The notes under the pieces are model-generated. The model had not been told where the DNA came from, ran no database searches, and worked only from the letters and a program-made list of their open reading frames with translations. The translations under genes were made by a program, and so were the position numbers. From contig OX597817.1 in the NCBI GenBank assembly GCA_951406725.2, forward strand, positions 155,930,001-155,994,000: 64,000 nucleotides of DNA, in the 5' to 3' direction. The DNA is from Octopus vulgaris. Lineage: Eukaryota. The number at the start of each line of letters is the position of its first letter. Position 1 is the first letter of the stretch. This document shows, one piece after another, positions 53,026 through 64,000 of this stretch.

Positions 53026-53438
53026 GTAATATGACCCTACTTCTTTCTTTCTTTCTTTCTCTCTCTATATATATATATATACACACACATATATATACAC
53101 ACATATACATACACACATATACATAGACGAAGAAAAAATAAGAACACTGATAAAACACGAAACTACCACACATACATTATACATGAGCGCACACACATAC
53201 ATACACACACGCTGTATACACACACACACAGACACACAAACACACACACACGTCCGCGTGCACGCACTCGCACAAATAAACCAACAAACAATTTCCTTCC
53301 GCAATGATTATGCTATGAATTATTTCCTACTTTGTTGAACGAAAACAATTCTCTGCCACAAACATACAAACATACAAACATACAAACACAGAAACTAACA
53401 AACATCAAGACGTTACCGAACAACCAACACAACGAATG

Positions 53439-53556
<118 letters not shown>

Positions 53557-54572
53557 CAACAGCAACAACCAATAACAACAACAACATGGTTTCTAATAAT
53601 ACAGTTGTATAAAATAAGAAGCCAAACATTGTTTCCCATCCTCTCCCCCACCCTCGTCCTATTCGCTGTTGCACTAGTTTTCTGTAGTCAGATGGAGAGT
53701 TTTGGAGCTGCTGTTTCGCTCGTCCTTTATTATGCTTCAACAATCAACGGCTGAGGTCGATAGCAGAGCTAAAATAAGCGCCATTTTGTTTCTTTGTTCA
53801 GCCATGCTTCATTACGATTGAATAACTCTGGTTTTGTTTAATTCTTTTTTACACATCTATATATATATGTGTATGAGCGTATGTATGTATGTATAGTATA
53901 GCATAGTATAACAGTTAACCAGCCAACCTCCCTGACAGACATCCGGCTGGAGAGCCTCTAGACTTGCCAATATCTCTCCAATCAATTCTGTAAATCTTTT
54001 GTACATTTCCTTGTACAATTGTTTTGGTGTATAGAGAGAACGATGCAGATGTTTTACACACACACACACACACACACGCGCGTTTACTTTACGCGTTTAT
54101 CAGTTTCAATCAGAGACTGGCCATGCGGAGCACCGCCATTGGTGTGATTGTTAGTCTATTTCGTTCCCTTTCTACAACTTTCTCACCGAGTTTGGTTTCG
54201 GTAAATGAAGGAGTTGGACAACACCCCCCTCATTTGCGTTTCTAGCCATAATATGGGTTTCTCTAAATAAGTATTTGCCAAAGTATTTTTCAATAAATTT
54301 ATTCCTAGTCGATCTCTAAAGAGTATTTGGAAAGGTATTGAAAGGCTCTAGGTTTTTGAACCGTACGCTATTAAAAGATTGTGTCCTTACTCGAGATAAA
54401 ATGGGTAGAAACTATGCAACTGTACAGTGACGTCCAAAATTTTCCATATATTTTATTTTATATCCTTCGCATCTTAACTCTAGGGAGTAAAGACTCAGCC
54501 TCTTTTGACTCTTCTCAGTTAACGTGTATGCATTTATGTTAATATCATTTTGTGATATTAACATATGTTTCT

Positions 54573-54803
54573 TATTTCTTTACTGCCCACAAAAGGGCTA
54601 CACACAGAGGGGACAAACAAGGACAGACAAACGGATTAAGTCGTTTATATCGACCCCAATGTTTCACTGGTATTTAATTCATTGACCCCAAAAGGATGAA
54701 AGGCAAAGTCGATTTCGACGGAATTTGAACTCAGAACGTAGCAACAGACGAAATACCGCTAAGCACTTCGCCCAGTATGCTAACGATTCTGCCAGCTCGC
54801 CAC
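54573..54803 (-). mobile_element. SINE B monomer
   Basis: Homology to the other B copies. Confidence 0.88.
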
Positions 54804-54808
54804 CTAAC

Positions 54809-54856
<48 letters not shown>

Positions 54857-55119
54857 CTTAACAGCATTATAATGCCTTGAGTTCTGCCGGGACATTGACA
54901 CTGTGTGGTGACCCCATAATTTGGACGTTATAAAGATAAACTCGATTGAAGAAGACCGACAATGATCTGAAAACCTAAGGAAATAAGCAGTAAATCACTA
55001 AGCTAGCGTCAAAACCATTTCGGTTGCAAGAGAGCTGTTTGAACACGAGCGTCGCAGAAATGAAGAGGATAAATGATAAAGACGAAAAATCTACCAATTT
55101 CAATCACACACACACATGC

Positions 55120-55155
<36 letters not shown>

Positions 55156-55390
55156 ACGGGAGGAGACCCTACATCGGAGTGGCCTTCTCCTTGATGGATT
55201 GTTTTACAGAACTGGACAGCTCCACCTACCCTGGAGTTGCCGGAAGGATGTCAAAGAGGGCACCAGGTTTGCTGTGGAGACTGATTCCCCTAGCCTCTTC
55301 TTTCCTAAGGCACTCACAAGGCAGCGAAGCTTTGTGCTTAGAATGCTAATCAACCCATAGCTGGGGATCCTGACTAATCAAGTAGTAAAA

Positions 55391-55720
55391 AGGTAAAGAC
55401 CCCTTCAGTCATGATTGACCGTGGGGTTGCACCTAGAAAGTTACCCTCCCGGGCACAGTTGTTTGTGGAAGGCCAGCAGTCGCCTTTGCATACCGGCCTC
55501 CCCTCTCCACACCACCAGTGTTATCCAAGGGAAAGGCAAAGGGGCCGTTACAGTTTGGCACCAGTGATGTCGCAACTCATTTCGACAACTGAGTTAACTG
55601 GAGCAACGTGAAATAAAGTGTCTTACCTAAGAACACAACACGCAGCCCGTTCCGGGAATCGAACTCACAATCTCACGATCGTAAGCTCGACGCTCCAATC
55701 ACTGAGCCATGCGCCTTCAC
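55391..55720 (-). mobile_element. CORE-type SINE D
   Basis: Homology to 7961-8298. Confidence 0.86.
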
Positions 55721-56318
55721 ACACACACACACAAATACATGCATATACATACACACACATATATATATAATGCAGTAATGTTTAAAATTATATTATATAT
55801 AATTTCCTATTTACAACAAACTGCCAAAGGTTCATGCTAAGAAGAAGATATATACCATAGTTAAGGTCACGTTATCGCTATCTTAATCCGGCAATCATCA
55901 GATTTGTCCACATAATGGTCACAGGTAGTATGAGATTTTTTTAAAAGTAATTCGATAGCGAATGTTTGTTTAACCGGGAAGAGGCGGTAGACAGATATTT
56001 TAAAACTTATGTTGCATTCCTTGAATCGATAGCAATTCATTTTATAACATAAACAACTATTTTTATGGAATCGAGGTAAAAATATATTGTATGCTTGATA
56101 TATTGTGCTGAATTTTGTTTTGTGTTTACGTTTACTTTTGATGCTTGTGTTGGAGTGGATTATCGGGATGACTAAGTGCATTTGCATCATATGGTGGTGG
56201 TTTGTTGATATGCTCAAAATTGAAGGTAGCCAAGGTGTAGAAATGTGTGATATGCATGTGTATAGAGCGAGTTTCGCATGAAAATTTAGTATGCAAATGG
56301 AAATTGATTAAGAGTGGT

Positions 56319-56706
56319 GGAAGCACTCCGTCGGTTACGACGACGAGGGTTCCGGTTGATCCGAATCAACGGAACAGCCTGCTCGTGAAATTAACGTGTA
56401 AGTGGCTGAGCACTCCACAGACACGTGTACCCTTAACGTAGTTCTCGGGGATATTCAGCGTGACACAGAGAGTGACAAGGCCGGCCCTTTGAAATACAGG
56501 TACAACAGAAACAGGAAGAAAGAGTGAGAGAAAGTTGTGGTGAAAGAGTACAGCAGGGATCATCACCATCCCCTGCCGGAGCGTCGTGGAGCTTTTTTTA
56601 GGTGTTTTCGCTCAATAAACACTCACAACGTCCGGTCTGGGAATTGAAACCGCGATCCTACGACCGCGAGTCCGCTGCCCTAACCACTGGGCCATTGCGC
56701 CTCCAC
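56319..56706 (-). mobile_element. SINE family C, full length
   Basis: Near-identical to 40305-40690. Confidence 0.93.
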
Positions 56707-56966
56707 TGATTAAGTGTATTAAGGTGTAGACATCCTGACGTAGAAGGTAATCTGCAACTGAATACGATAAAGTTATATTAATGGCTACATCTGGTGAAAA
56801 GCTAGTATCTTAATTGTTAATTTCATTAAAAAAAAACAGATGAAAAATAAGCTAGATGTATTGAAGGTGAGGATTGTGTTTGCCCCGCATCCTAGAGGTT
56901 TTATCCTGTATAACTCTCATAGATTTCATTGCACAAATAAGCGATTATTTAGAATTTATATTAACA

Positions 56967-57356
56967 CTAGCACTATGACCTGGCGTTGCCGGGTCTAGTG
57001 CAAGTGCTTGTTGTTCGTTGACGGGTCGCAGTAAAAATTTCTCACTAAATCAAGAGCTAAGTTTCTTATCACATTTCAGCCCGGGCCAGTTTTGTCGTTT
57101 ATGAGAGTAATTAATATTCATTGGACTTCGGCAATGCCCATATGCCCATAACTTATGGGCAAAAGGGGTCGGTTTATCGATTTTTTAATGGCTTTCTGGG
57201 GTGACTGGGGAAATGAAGAGATCTTCACGACCACCCTCAGACAGTTTTGAAAGCCCATAAAAAATGCGAGTCTTTTACATGAAAAACTGTGGATTTGTAT
57301 AAAGGACACACAGATACACAGACACACAGACATTTTGCCGTTCATAGATATAGAGA
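56967..57356 (-). mobile_element. Non-autonomous Helitron, second family
   Basis: Minus strand: A|TCTCTATATCTATG...GACCCGGCAACGCCAGGTC hairpin...CTAG|T. Confidence 0.78.
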
Positions 57357-57546
57357 TTATATTTCAAAGAAAATGTAATGAGATTGTTCTCAGATTTGCA
57401 TGTGTCTGAAACTCTTCGATTTTGGGGGTTCTTTTATCAGCATACAATTCATAAATTCTCATCAAAGAGGCATCAATCTCTTATTTTCCAGTTTCTGATT
57501 TGCATAAAGGGCTATATATGTCTTCCTATCATTTCTCTCACTTGAA

Positions 57547-58134
57547 GGCAGTGAGCTGGCAGAAGAGTTAACAAGCGAGACAAAATGCTTAGCTGCTTGT
57601 CTTCCGGCCTTTACGTTCAGAGTTCAAATTCTGCGGAGGTCAACTTTCTCTTTCATTCTTTCGGAGTCGTATAAAAATAAGTACCAGTCGAGTACTGGTG
57701 TCGATCTAACCAACTAACCCTCTCCCGCCAAAATTTCAGACCTTGTGCCTATAATATAAAGGATTATTTCTCTTCCTTGAATACATTATTTTATTATACA
57801 AGACTGGAGAATGCTTAATCACTGAGGTACGAATGAAAACTTTGTGTGTATGTGTGCGTGCGTGTGTGTGAGTGTGAGTGTGTGTATACATATAAAATAT
57901 ATATTTCTTTACTACCCACAAGGGGCTAAACACAGAGGGGACAAACAAGGACAGACAAAGCGATTAAGTCGATTCCATCGACCCCAGTGCGTAACTGGTA
58001 CTTAATTTATCGACTCCGAAAGGATGAAAGGCAAAGTCAGCCTCGGCGGAATTTGAACTCAGAACGTAACGGCAGACGAAATACGGCTTCGTATTTCGCC
58101 CGGCGTGCTACCGTTTCTGCCAGCTCGCCGCCTT
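57547..58134. mobile_element. Two SINE B copies tail-to-tail (plus 57547-57765, minus 57903-58134)
   Basis: Core motif on opposite strands; two different tail types. Confidence 0.83.
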
Positions 58135-58616
58135 CCAATATAAAATATAAAATATTTACGTTCATAAGAGTAGCAATCAGTGTAAGCACAACAGGTCAGA
58201 TATAATTGTATGGGACAGGGAACAAAAGTTGTACATTTTAAGTCCGGGTTATAGATTTTCATTTGTTCCTATTATCATGACTCAACTGATCTGTACAACA
58301 ACAGACCTGCATTAACAAAAAAATAAAAAAAAGACTAGAAATACTTCGGTTCTTAAAAAACAAACAAACAACAGAGTTAACTGATTCGCTTTCTTCAGAT
58401 ACAATCGATTAGCGGAACAGTGTAAAATTTGCAAAACATTTCAGAGACTCGCCATTTTATGTACCTGGGAGAACATATGAACTCAGTCATATATATATAC
58501 ACACGTATGCATGTACACAGAAAATAATGTAACGTACACGCATTTTGTGCTATTTTGACACGTACGCATATATGTGTACATTAAACAATACAGGTAGATA
58601 CAAACCCCAAGAATTG

Positions 58617-58716
58617 TCTTGGGCAAGTGTCTTCTGCTATAGCCCCGGGCCGACCAATGCCTTGTGAGTGGATTTGGTAGACGGAAACTGAAAGAAGCCC
58701 AATGTATATATGTATA

Positions 58717-58799
<83 letters not shown>

Positions 58800-59020
58800 T
58801 TGTGTGTCTGTGTTTGTTCCCCTAGCATTGCTTGACAACCGATGCTGGTGTGTTTACGTCCCCGTCACTTAGCGGTTCAGCAAAAAGAGACCGATAGAAT
58901 AAGTACTGGGCTTACAAAAAGAATAAGTCCCGGGGTCGAGTTGCTCGACTAAAGGCGGTGTTCCAGCATGGCCGCAGTCAAGTGACTGAAACAAGTAAAA
59001 GAGTAAGAGAGTAAAAGAGA
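58617..59020 (+). mobile_element. 5'-truncated SINE A
   Basis: Homology to 62713-63040. Confidence 0.9.
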
Positions 59021-59243
59021 GTACGGTACTGTTTCTACTTCGCGGATGTTTACCTATTGCGCGGGGTTTTGGAATGTAACACCCGCAATAGTCGAGGGAT
59101 TGCTGTACATACATACATACATACATAAAAAGCAAATACACATTCGTGTACTAAAGAGTATTATACATTCATTACTTGGGTGCAAAACAGATTCACTCAT
59201 ACTCATTTATCTAAACACACACACACACGCACACACACACACA

Positions 59244-59296
<53 letters not shown>

Positions 59297-59603
59297 GCAA
59301 ACATACACCCACTCACATATCTGCATACATCAACTCGCACTCACATATTCACAACAAATAACTGGAACTGCTTTGACTCAAACAAAGGTGCCTTGTCACT
59401 TTGTTAGTGACCGCCTTGAATTCTGCGAAGAAGAATTTAAATAATGTCAATGAAAATTATTCATATATATATATATATACATTCATGCATACGTATTATA
59501 CACACAGCTACACCTACTTACATACACATACACCGACAAGCGTACGTAAATACATACAAACATAGCCATATGCACTTAATGTACATATATTACATTGCAT
59601 AAA

Positions 59604-59639
<36 letters not shown>

Positions 59640-60506
59640 TGTATGTATGTGTGTGTGTATGTATGTATGTATGTGTATGTATATATATCTATGTATGTAT
59701 GTATATATATATATCTATGTATGTATATATATATATATATATATACACACATAAATACATACATAAACGCACACATACAAACATACACACATGCATACAT
59801 ACTTACATACACCTACCCACCCACACATTCACCTACCTACCTACATACATACATACATACATACATACATACATACATACATACATACATACATACATAC
59901 ATACATACATACATACATACATACATACATACACACATACATCCATCCATCCATCCATCCATCCATCCATACATTCATACATACATACATACATACTTCC
60001 TTTTCATTGTTACTTAGTCGTTTATTTTCTAAGTAGAATATTGTTCAACTCTGCTGTCCTACATATCTTTGGTTTCCGTTCATCGTACTTTTTATACAAT
60101 TGAACCAACAACCACAAGCAAGAGGGAGAGAGAGAGTGGGGAGAGAGGGAGAGAAAGAGAGAGAGAGTTCTTTCACATGACAGCGTGGCATGCTAGAGAT
60201 AGCAGCTAAATCCTCTTCCTTACAGTCTCGAAAAAGAATACAATGCATAAAATAAAACATACAAATCTGCACATGCGCTGACTCCCAAAACTGCACATGT
60301 TTACACAATACGGGAGATATTAGACAACGTGGTCTCACAAACACCGCGTTGAAATGAAAAGATCGGATGACCAAAGCTGGACTCCTTTTGCCAATAAGAT
60401 CTATCTGACCAAGCCCGATCAAAGCTGAAAAAAAAAAAAAAAGAAAAAGAAAAGAAAAAGTACCACTATGAAACAACAAGTTTCCTGTTGTGGTATTTGT
60501 GGAAAA

Positions 60507-60927
60507 GGCGGCGAGCTGGCAGAAACGTTAGCACGCCGGGCGAAATGCTTAGCGGTATTTCGTCTGCCGTTACGTTCTGAGTTCAAATTCCGCCGAGGTC
60601 GACTTTGCCTTTCATCCTTTCAGGGTCGATAAATTAAGTACCAGTTACGCACTGGGGTCGATGGAATCGACTTAATACCTATGTCTGTCCTTGTTTGTCC
60701 CTCTGTGTTTAGCCCCTTGTGCGTAATAAAGAAATAGGTATTTTGTCTGCCGTTACGTTCTGAGTTCAAATTCCGCCGAGGTCGACTTTGCCTTTCATCC
60801 TTTCAGGGTCGATAAATTAAGTACCAATTACGAACTGGGGGTCGATGTAATCGACTTAATACCTATGTCTGTCCTTGTTCGTCCCCTCTGTGTTTAGCCC
60901 CTTGTGGGTAGTAAAGAAATAGGTATA
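60507..60927 (+). mobile_element. SINE B dimer with imperfect TSD
   Basis: GGTATTTGTGGAAAAGG before and GGTATATGTGGAAAGGG after. Confidence 0.92.
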
Positions 60928-61219
60928 TGTGGAAAGGGCATTTGGTACGGTCGTTGTTGTTGCTATCGCCTCTGATCCAGTCGACCCGTGTCAGATGTTC
61001 CAACCTTGATAATGTTGTCTTTGATTTATTTGCTTTTCTTCAGAAAATTTAATTACATTGTCTAACACGCACTTCTGTTTTTGAGTGTGTGTGTGTGTGT
61101 GATTTGAGGGCGATTTGACTACTATTTCTAGCTTCAATATTGGTGTTTTACAAAAGTATTATAGTCAAGGCTGGAACGCCGTTGATCATAAGTAGGACTT
61201 GTTTGTTTGTCTTTCTGTC

Positions 61220-61285
<66 letters not shown>

Positions 61286-61325
61286 TCTTTCTCTCTCTCT
61301 CTCTCTTTCTTTTTCTCTCTCTTTC

Positions 61326-61365
<40 letters not shown>

Positions 61366-61879
61366 CTGCTCGCTTAGCCAGCGGGGTGGCGTCATTTGAA
61401 GGCTAAAACAATGCGAAGCGCATTGTGACCAGCGATGTGTAGCAACATCTGATAGCCTGGTCGGTCACGTGATCACGCGATATATATATATATATATATA
61501 TATAAACAAACGCACACATGAGATAGTAAGAGGTGATCTGAGTGAGAATTGCCTGCTATTTCTATGTTAGTTGTATGGCCATGTAAACACTCACTCATTG
61601 GTATTAATATTTATTGCTTAGTCGGAAGAAGTCAATAGGAAACGTGTGTAGATTTCCATGTATGCCGGGAACATGCTTCGTTCATAAAATAGATCCTGCT
61701 ACTTCTGTTTTCGAATGGCCCCTTTTCAATAAGAAATAATCCTAATTTACGGCATCAGTTTTAAATCCCCAAGAAGCATTAAATTTGAAGTTAATCGGAT
61801 TAGCTTCAGTGAGTTAATCCCGTATTGGTTGATAAAACAAGTACCGTCACAAAGTAACAGATTAGTTGGTGGTGGAGTC

Positions 61880-62620
61880 GTTGTAGTTTAGCCCTAAGGT
61901 AACCTCGATTCGGCATACTTATGATGTAGGCTTTCAGGTCACTAGACATAGATGTAGTAGCGATCAGTGTAACGAAGATTTCCGAAACGCGCGCACTCTT
62001 GTACTCATCTTCGTTAACTGTAAGGTGCATAGTCAAATGGGATCGGGGGGAGTGGCAGTGTTCCTTCGGAAAGGTCAGAATCTCAAGGCACGGATGAACT
62101 CCCTGGATGCGGTTAGTAAGTCAGTGATCGTGGACGTGATCAGTAGCGAAAACGATGCTCTCAGTTTAGTGGCCATCTCTACTCTAAAAAGAACACGGCG
62201 GTCGGAATTCTTCAAGCGTTTAGAAGTGTTGTTTGGAGGTTATTAGTTTTCAGCATTAGTGACAGACTAGAACGGTATCTTAAGGGATTGTGTGGGGTCA
62301 GCCGATAGGAGAGAGCTGTAAAAGCCTCGAAAAACTATTCAATGTTTCCAACTGTCTGACCGGCAACAACTGGATATCCCAAATGTCTAATTTTGAGAAA
62401 ACAGCATCGGCTCGTATTTCAATAGGATATTTTCTGGGGCAACAAACAAAGATAGTCTGGAGTTTTGCAATTTCAACCGGCCAGCTTCCAAAAGGTACAG
62501 GGTCGATCTAAATAAGACTCGTGGGCAGAGGGACCCAGCTATTGGAATCTGAGAACGTCATTCCCAGCACGCAAAGCCTATAGACATGATCAACGTTTTA
62601 TGCAGTAGTTGATTGAAGAA
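61880..62620 (+). mobile_element. Decayed APE-endonuclease region of a Tx1/L1-like LINE
   Basis: RSLDIDVVAISVTK, GSGGVAVFLRKG and RSEFFKRLE peptides; many stops. Confidence 0.6.
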
Positions 62621-62637
62621 ATCTTTAGAAAACTTTA

Positions 62638-63040
62638 GGCGCAGGAGTGGCTGTGTGGTAAGTAGCCTGCTAACCAACCACATGGTTCCGGGTTCAGTCC
62701 CACTGCGTGGCATCTTGGGCAAGTGTCTTCTGCTATAGCCCCGGGCTGACCAATGCCTTGTGAGTGGATTTGGTAGACGGAAACTGAAAGAAGCCTGTCG
62801 TATATATGTATATATATACATATGTATGTGTGTGTTTGTGTGTCCGTGTTTGTCCCCCTAGCATTGCTTGACAACCGATGCTGGTGTGCTTACGTCCCCG
62901 TCACTTAGCGGTTCGGCAAAAGAGACCGATAGAATAAGTACTGGGCTTACAAAGAATAAGTCCCGGGGTCGATTTGCTCGACTAAAGGCGGTGCTCCAGC
63001 ATGGCCGCAGTCAAATGACTGAAACAAGTAAAAGAGTAAA
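62638..63040 (+). mobile_element. SINE family A, full length
   Basis: tRNA-like A/B boxes, TA/TG linker, AAAAGAGT tail. Confidence 0.93.
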
Positions 63041-63100
63041 AAAGTAAACTGCGGTGATACACCTTGAACATAACGATAAGCCCTTACGATTAGTAGAGAA

Positions 63101-63525
63101 ATTATTATTATTATTATTTGATCAAAACTCACAGCTTATTTTGCTGGCTATGATGGAAAGTGTCAGCTGTCCACAGCCAGCAGACTAAGGTGTATTTGTT
63201 TACTGCTCATGCTTCAAGAACCCCGCGAAGAATTCTTACAGTTCCAAGCAATGCTGATTTTTATAGATGTTCTACCTTTACATTTGTACCAATCTTTTTG
63301 AGCCATGATGGTAGTTGAGTGCTGATACTTCCAACTGGTATCACGTCTGCTCTTCTCATTGACCACAATCTTCGTGTTTCCCTCTTCAAATCGTCGTAGT
63401 TGCTCAGTTCTTTTTTTTTCTTTCTCTTTGATCCTGTTGTCACTGAGACATGCTATATCGATTATCATGCAAGTTCTTTCTTTTTTATTCACCACAATAA
63501 TATCCGGTTTCCGATGTCTGGTCAT
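63101..63525 (-). mobile_element. R4/Dong-like retrotransposon 3' end (restriction-like endonuclease)
   Basis: RHRKPDIIVVNKKERTCMIIDIAC (PD..D motif), NYDDLKRETRRLW, SALLGTVRILRGVLEA*; (TAA)n on the 3' side, (TAA)n(GAA)n on the 5' side. Confidence 0.82.
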
Positions 63526-63570
63526 CTTCTTCTTCTTCTTCTTCTTCTTCTTCTTCTTCTTCTTCTTCTT

Positions 63571-63655
<85 letters not shown>

Positions 63656-63656
<1 letters not shown>

Positions 63657-63830
63657 GCTTAGCGGTATTTCGTCTGTTTTTACGTTCTGAGTTCAAATTC
63701 CGCCGAGATCGACTTTGTCTTCCATCTTTTCGGGGTCAATAAATTAAGTACCAGTTGCTTACTGGGGTTCGATCTAATCGACTGGTCCTCTCCCTCAAAA
63801 TTTCGGGCCTTGTACCTTGTACCTAGAGTA
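63656..63830 (+). mobile_element. 5'-truncated SINE B
   Basis: Core and second tail type. Confidence 0.83.
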
Positions 63831-63862
63831 GTATAGAGTAGTATGGATTATTATTATTATCA

Positions 63863-63917
<55 letters not shown>

Positions 63918-64000
63918 TATTGTTATTCAGTAGTTTTATTTTTATAGCGTGCTTTCACTTCACTACCGAGCACAGCTCTGTGTGCCTTGGGTATGTGCTG

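Noticed and set aside
55867-56217. 116-aa non-repetitive ORF
   Set aside because: Non-ATG start, AT-rich composition, no recognisable motif

Overview
AT-rich eukaryotic non-coding DNA packed with microsatellites and interspersed repeats. The SINE families and microsatellite density suggest an octopus genome; this is recognition from memory, not a database result. No intact host gene can be supported. Almost all ORFs in the track are microsatellite or SINE translation artefacts. Real coding remnants are all transposon-derived: a 5'-truncated CR1-type LINE RT (23874-25551, one frameshift), two mariner remnants, a Tc1/maT-like element with TIRs, two R4/Dong-like REL-endonuclease 3' ends and Tx1-like fragments. 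Non-coding mobile DNA comprises at least five tRNA-headed SINE-like families (labelled A-E here), four non-autonomous Helitrons and hAT MITEs. The most notable signal is a set of type I hammerhead-ribozyme (HHR) motifs of the kind found in Penelope-like elements (7530, 14930, 15190, 39289/39344, 50119). Several sit in head-to-head fold-back insertions. One family fuses a tRNA-like Pol III head to an HHR-bearing tail, making it a candidate Penelope-mobilised ribozyme SINE. Boundaries were read by eye and may be off by a few bases.
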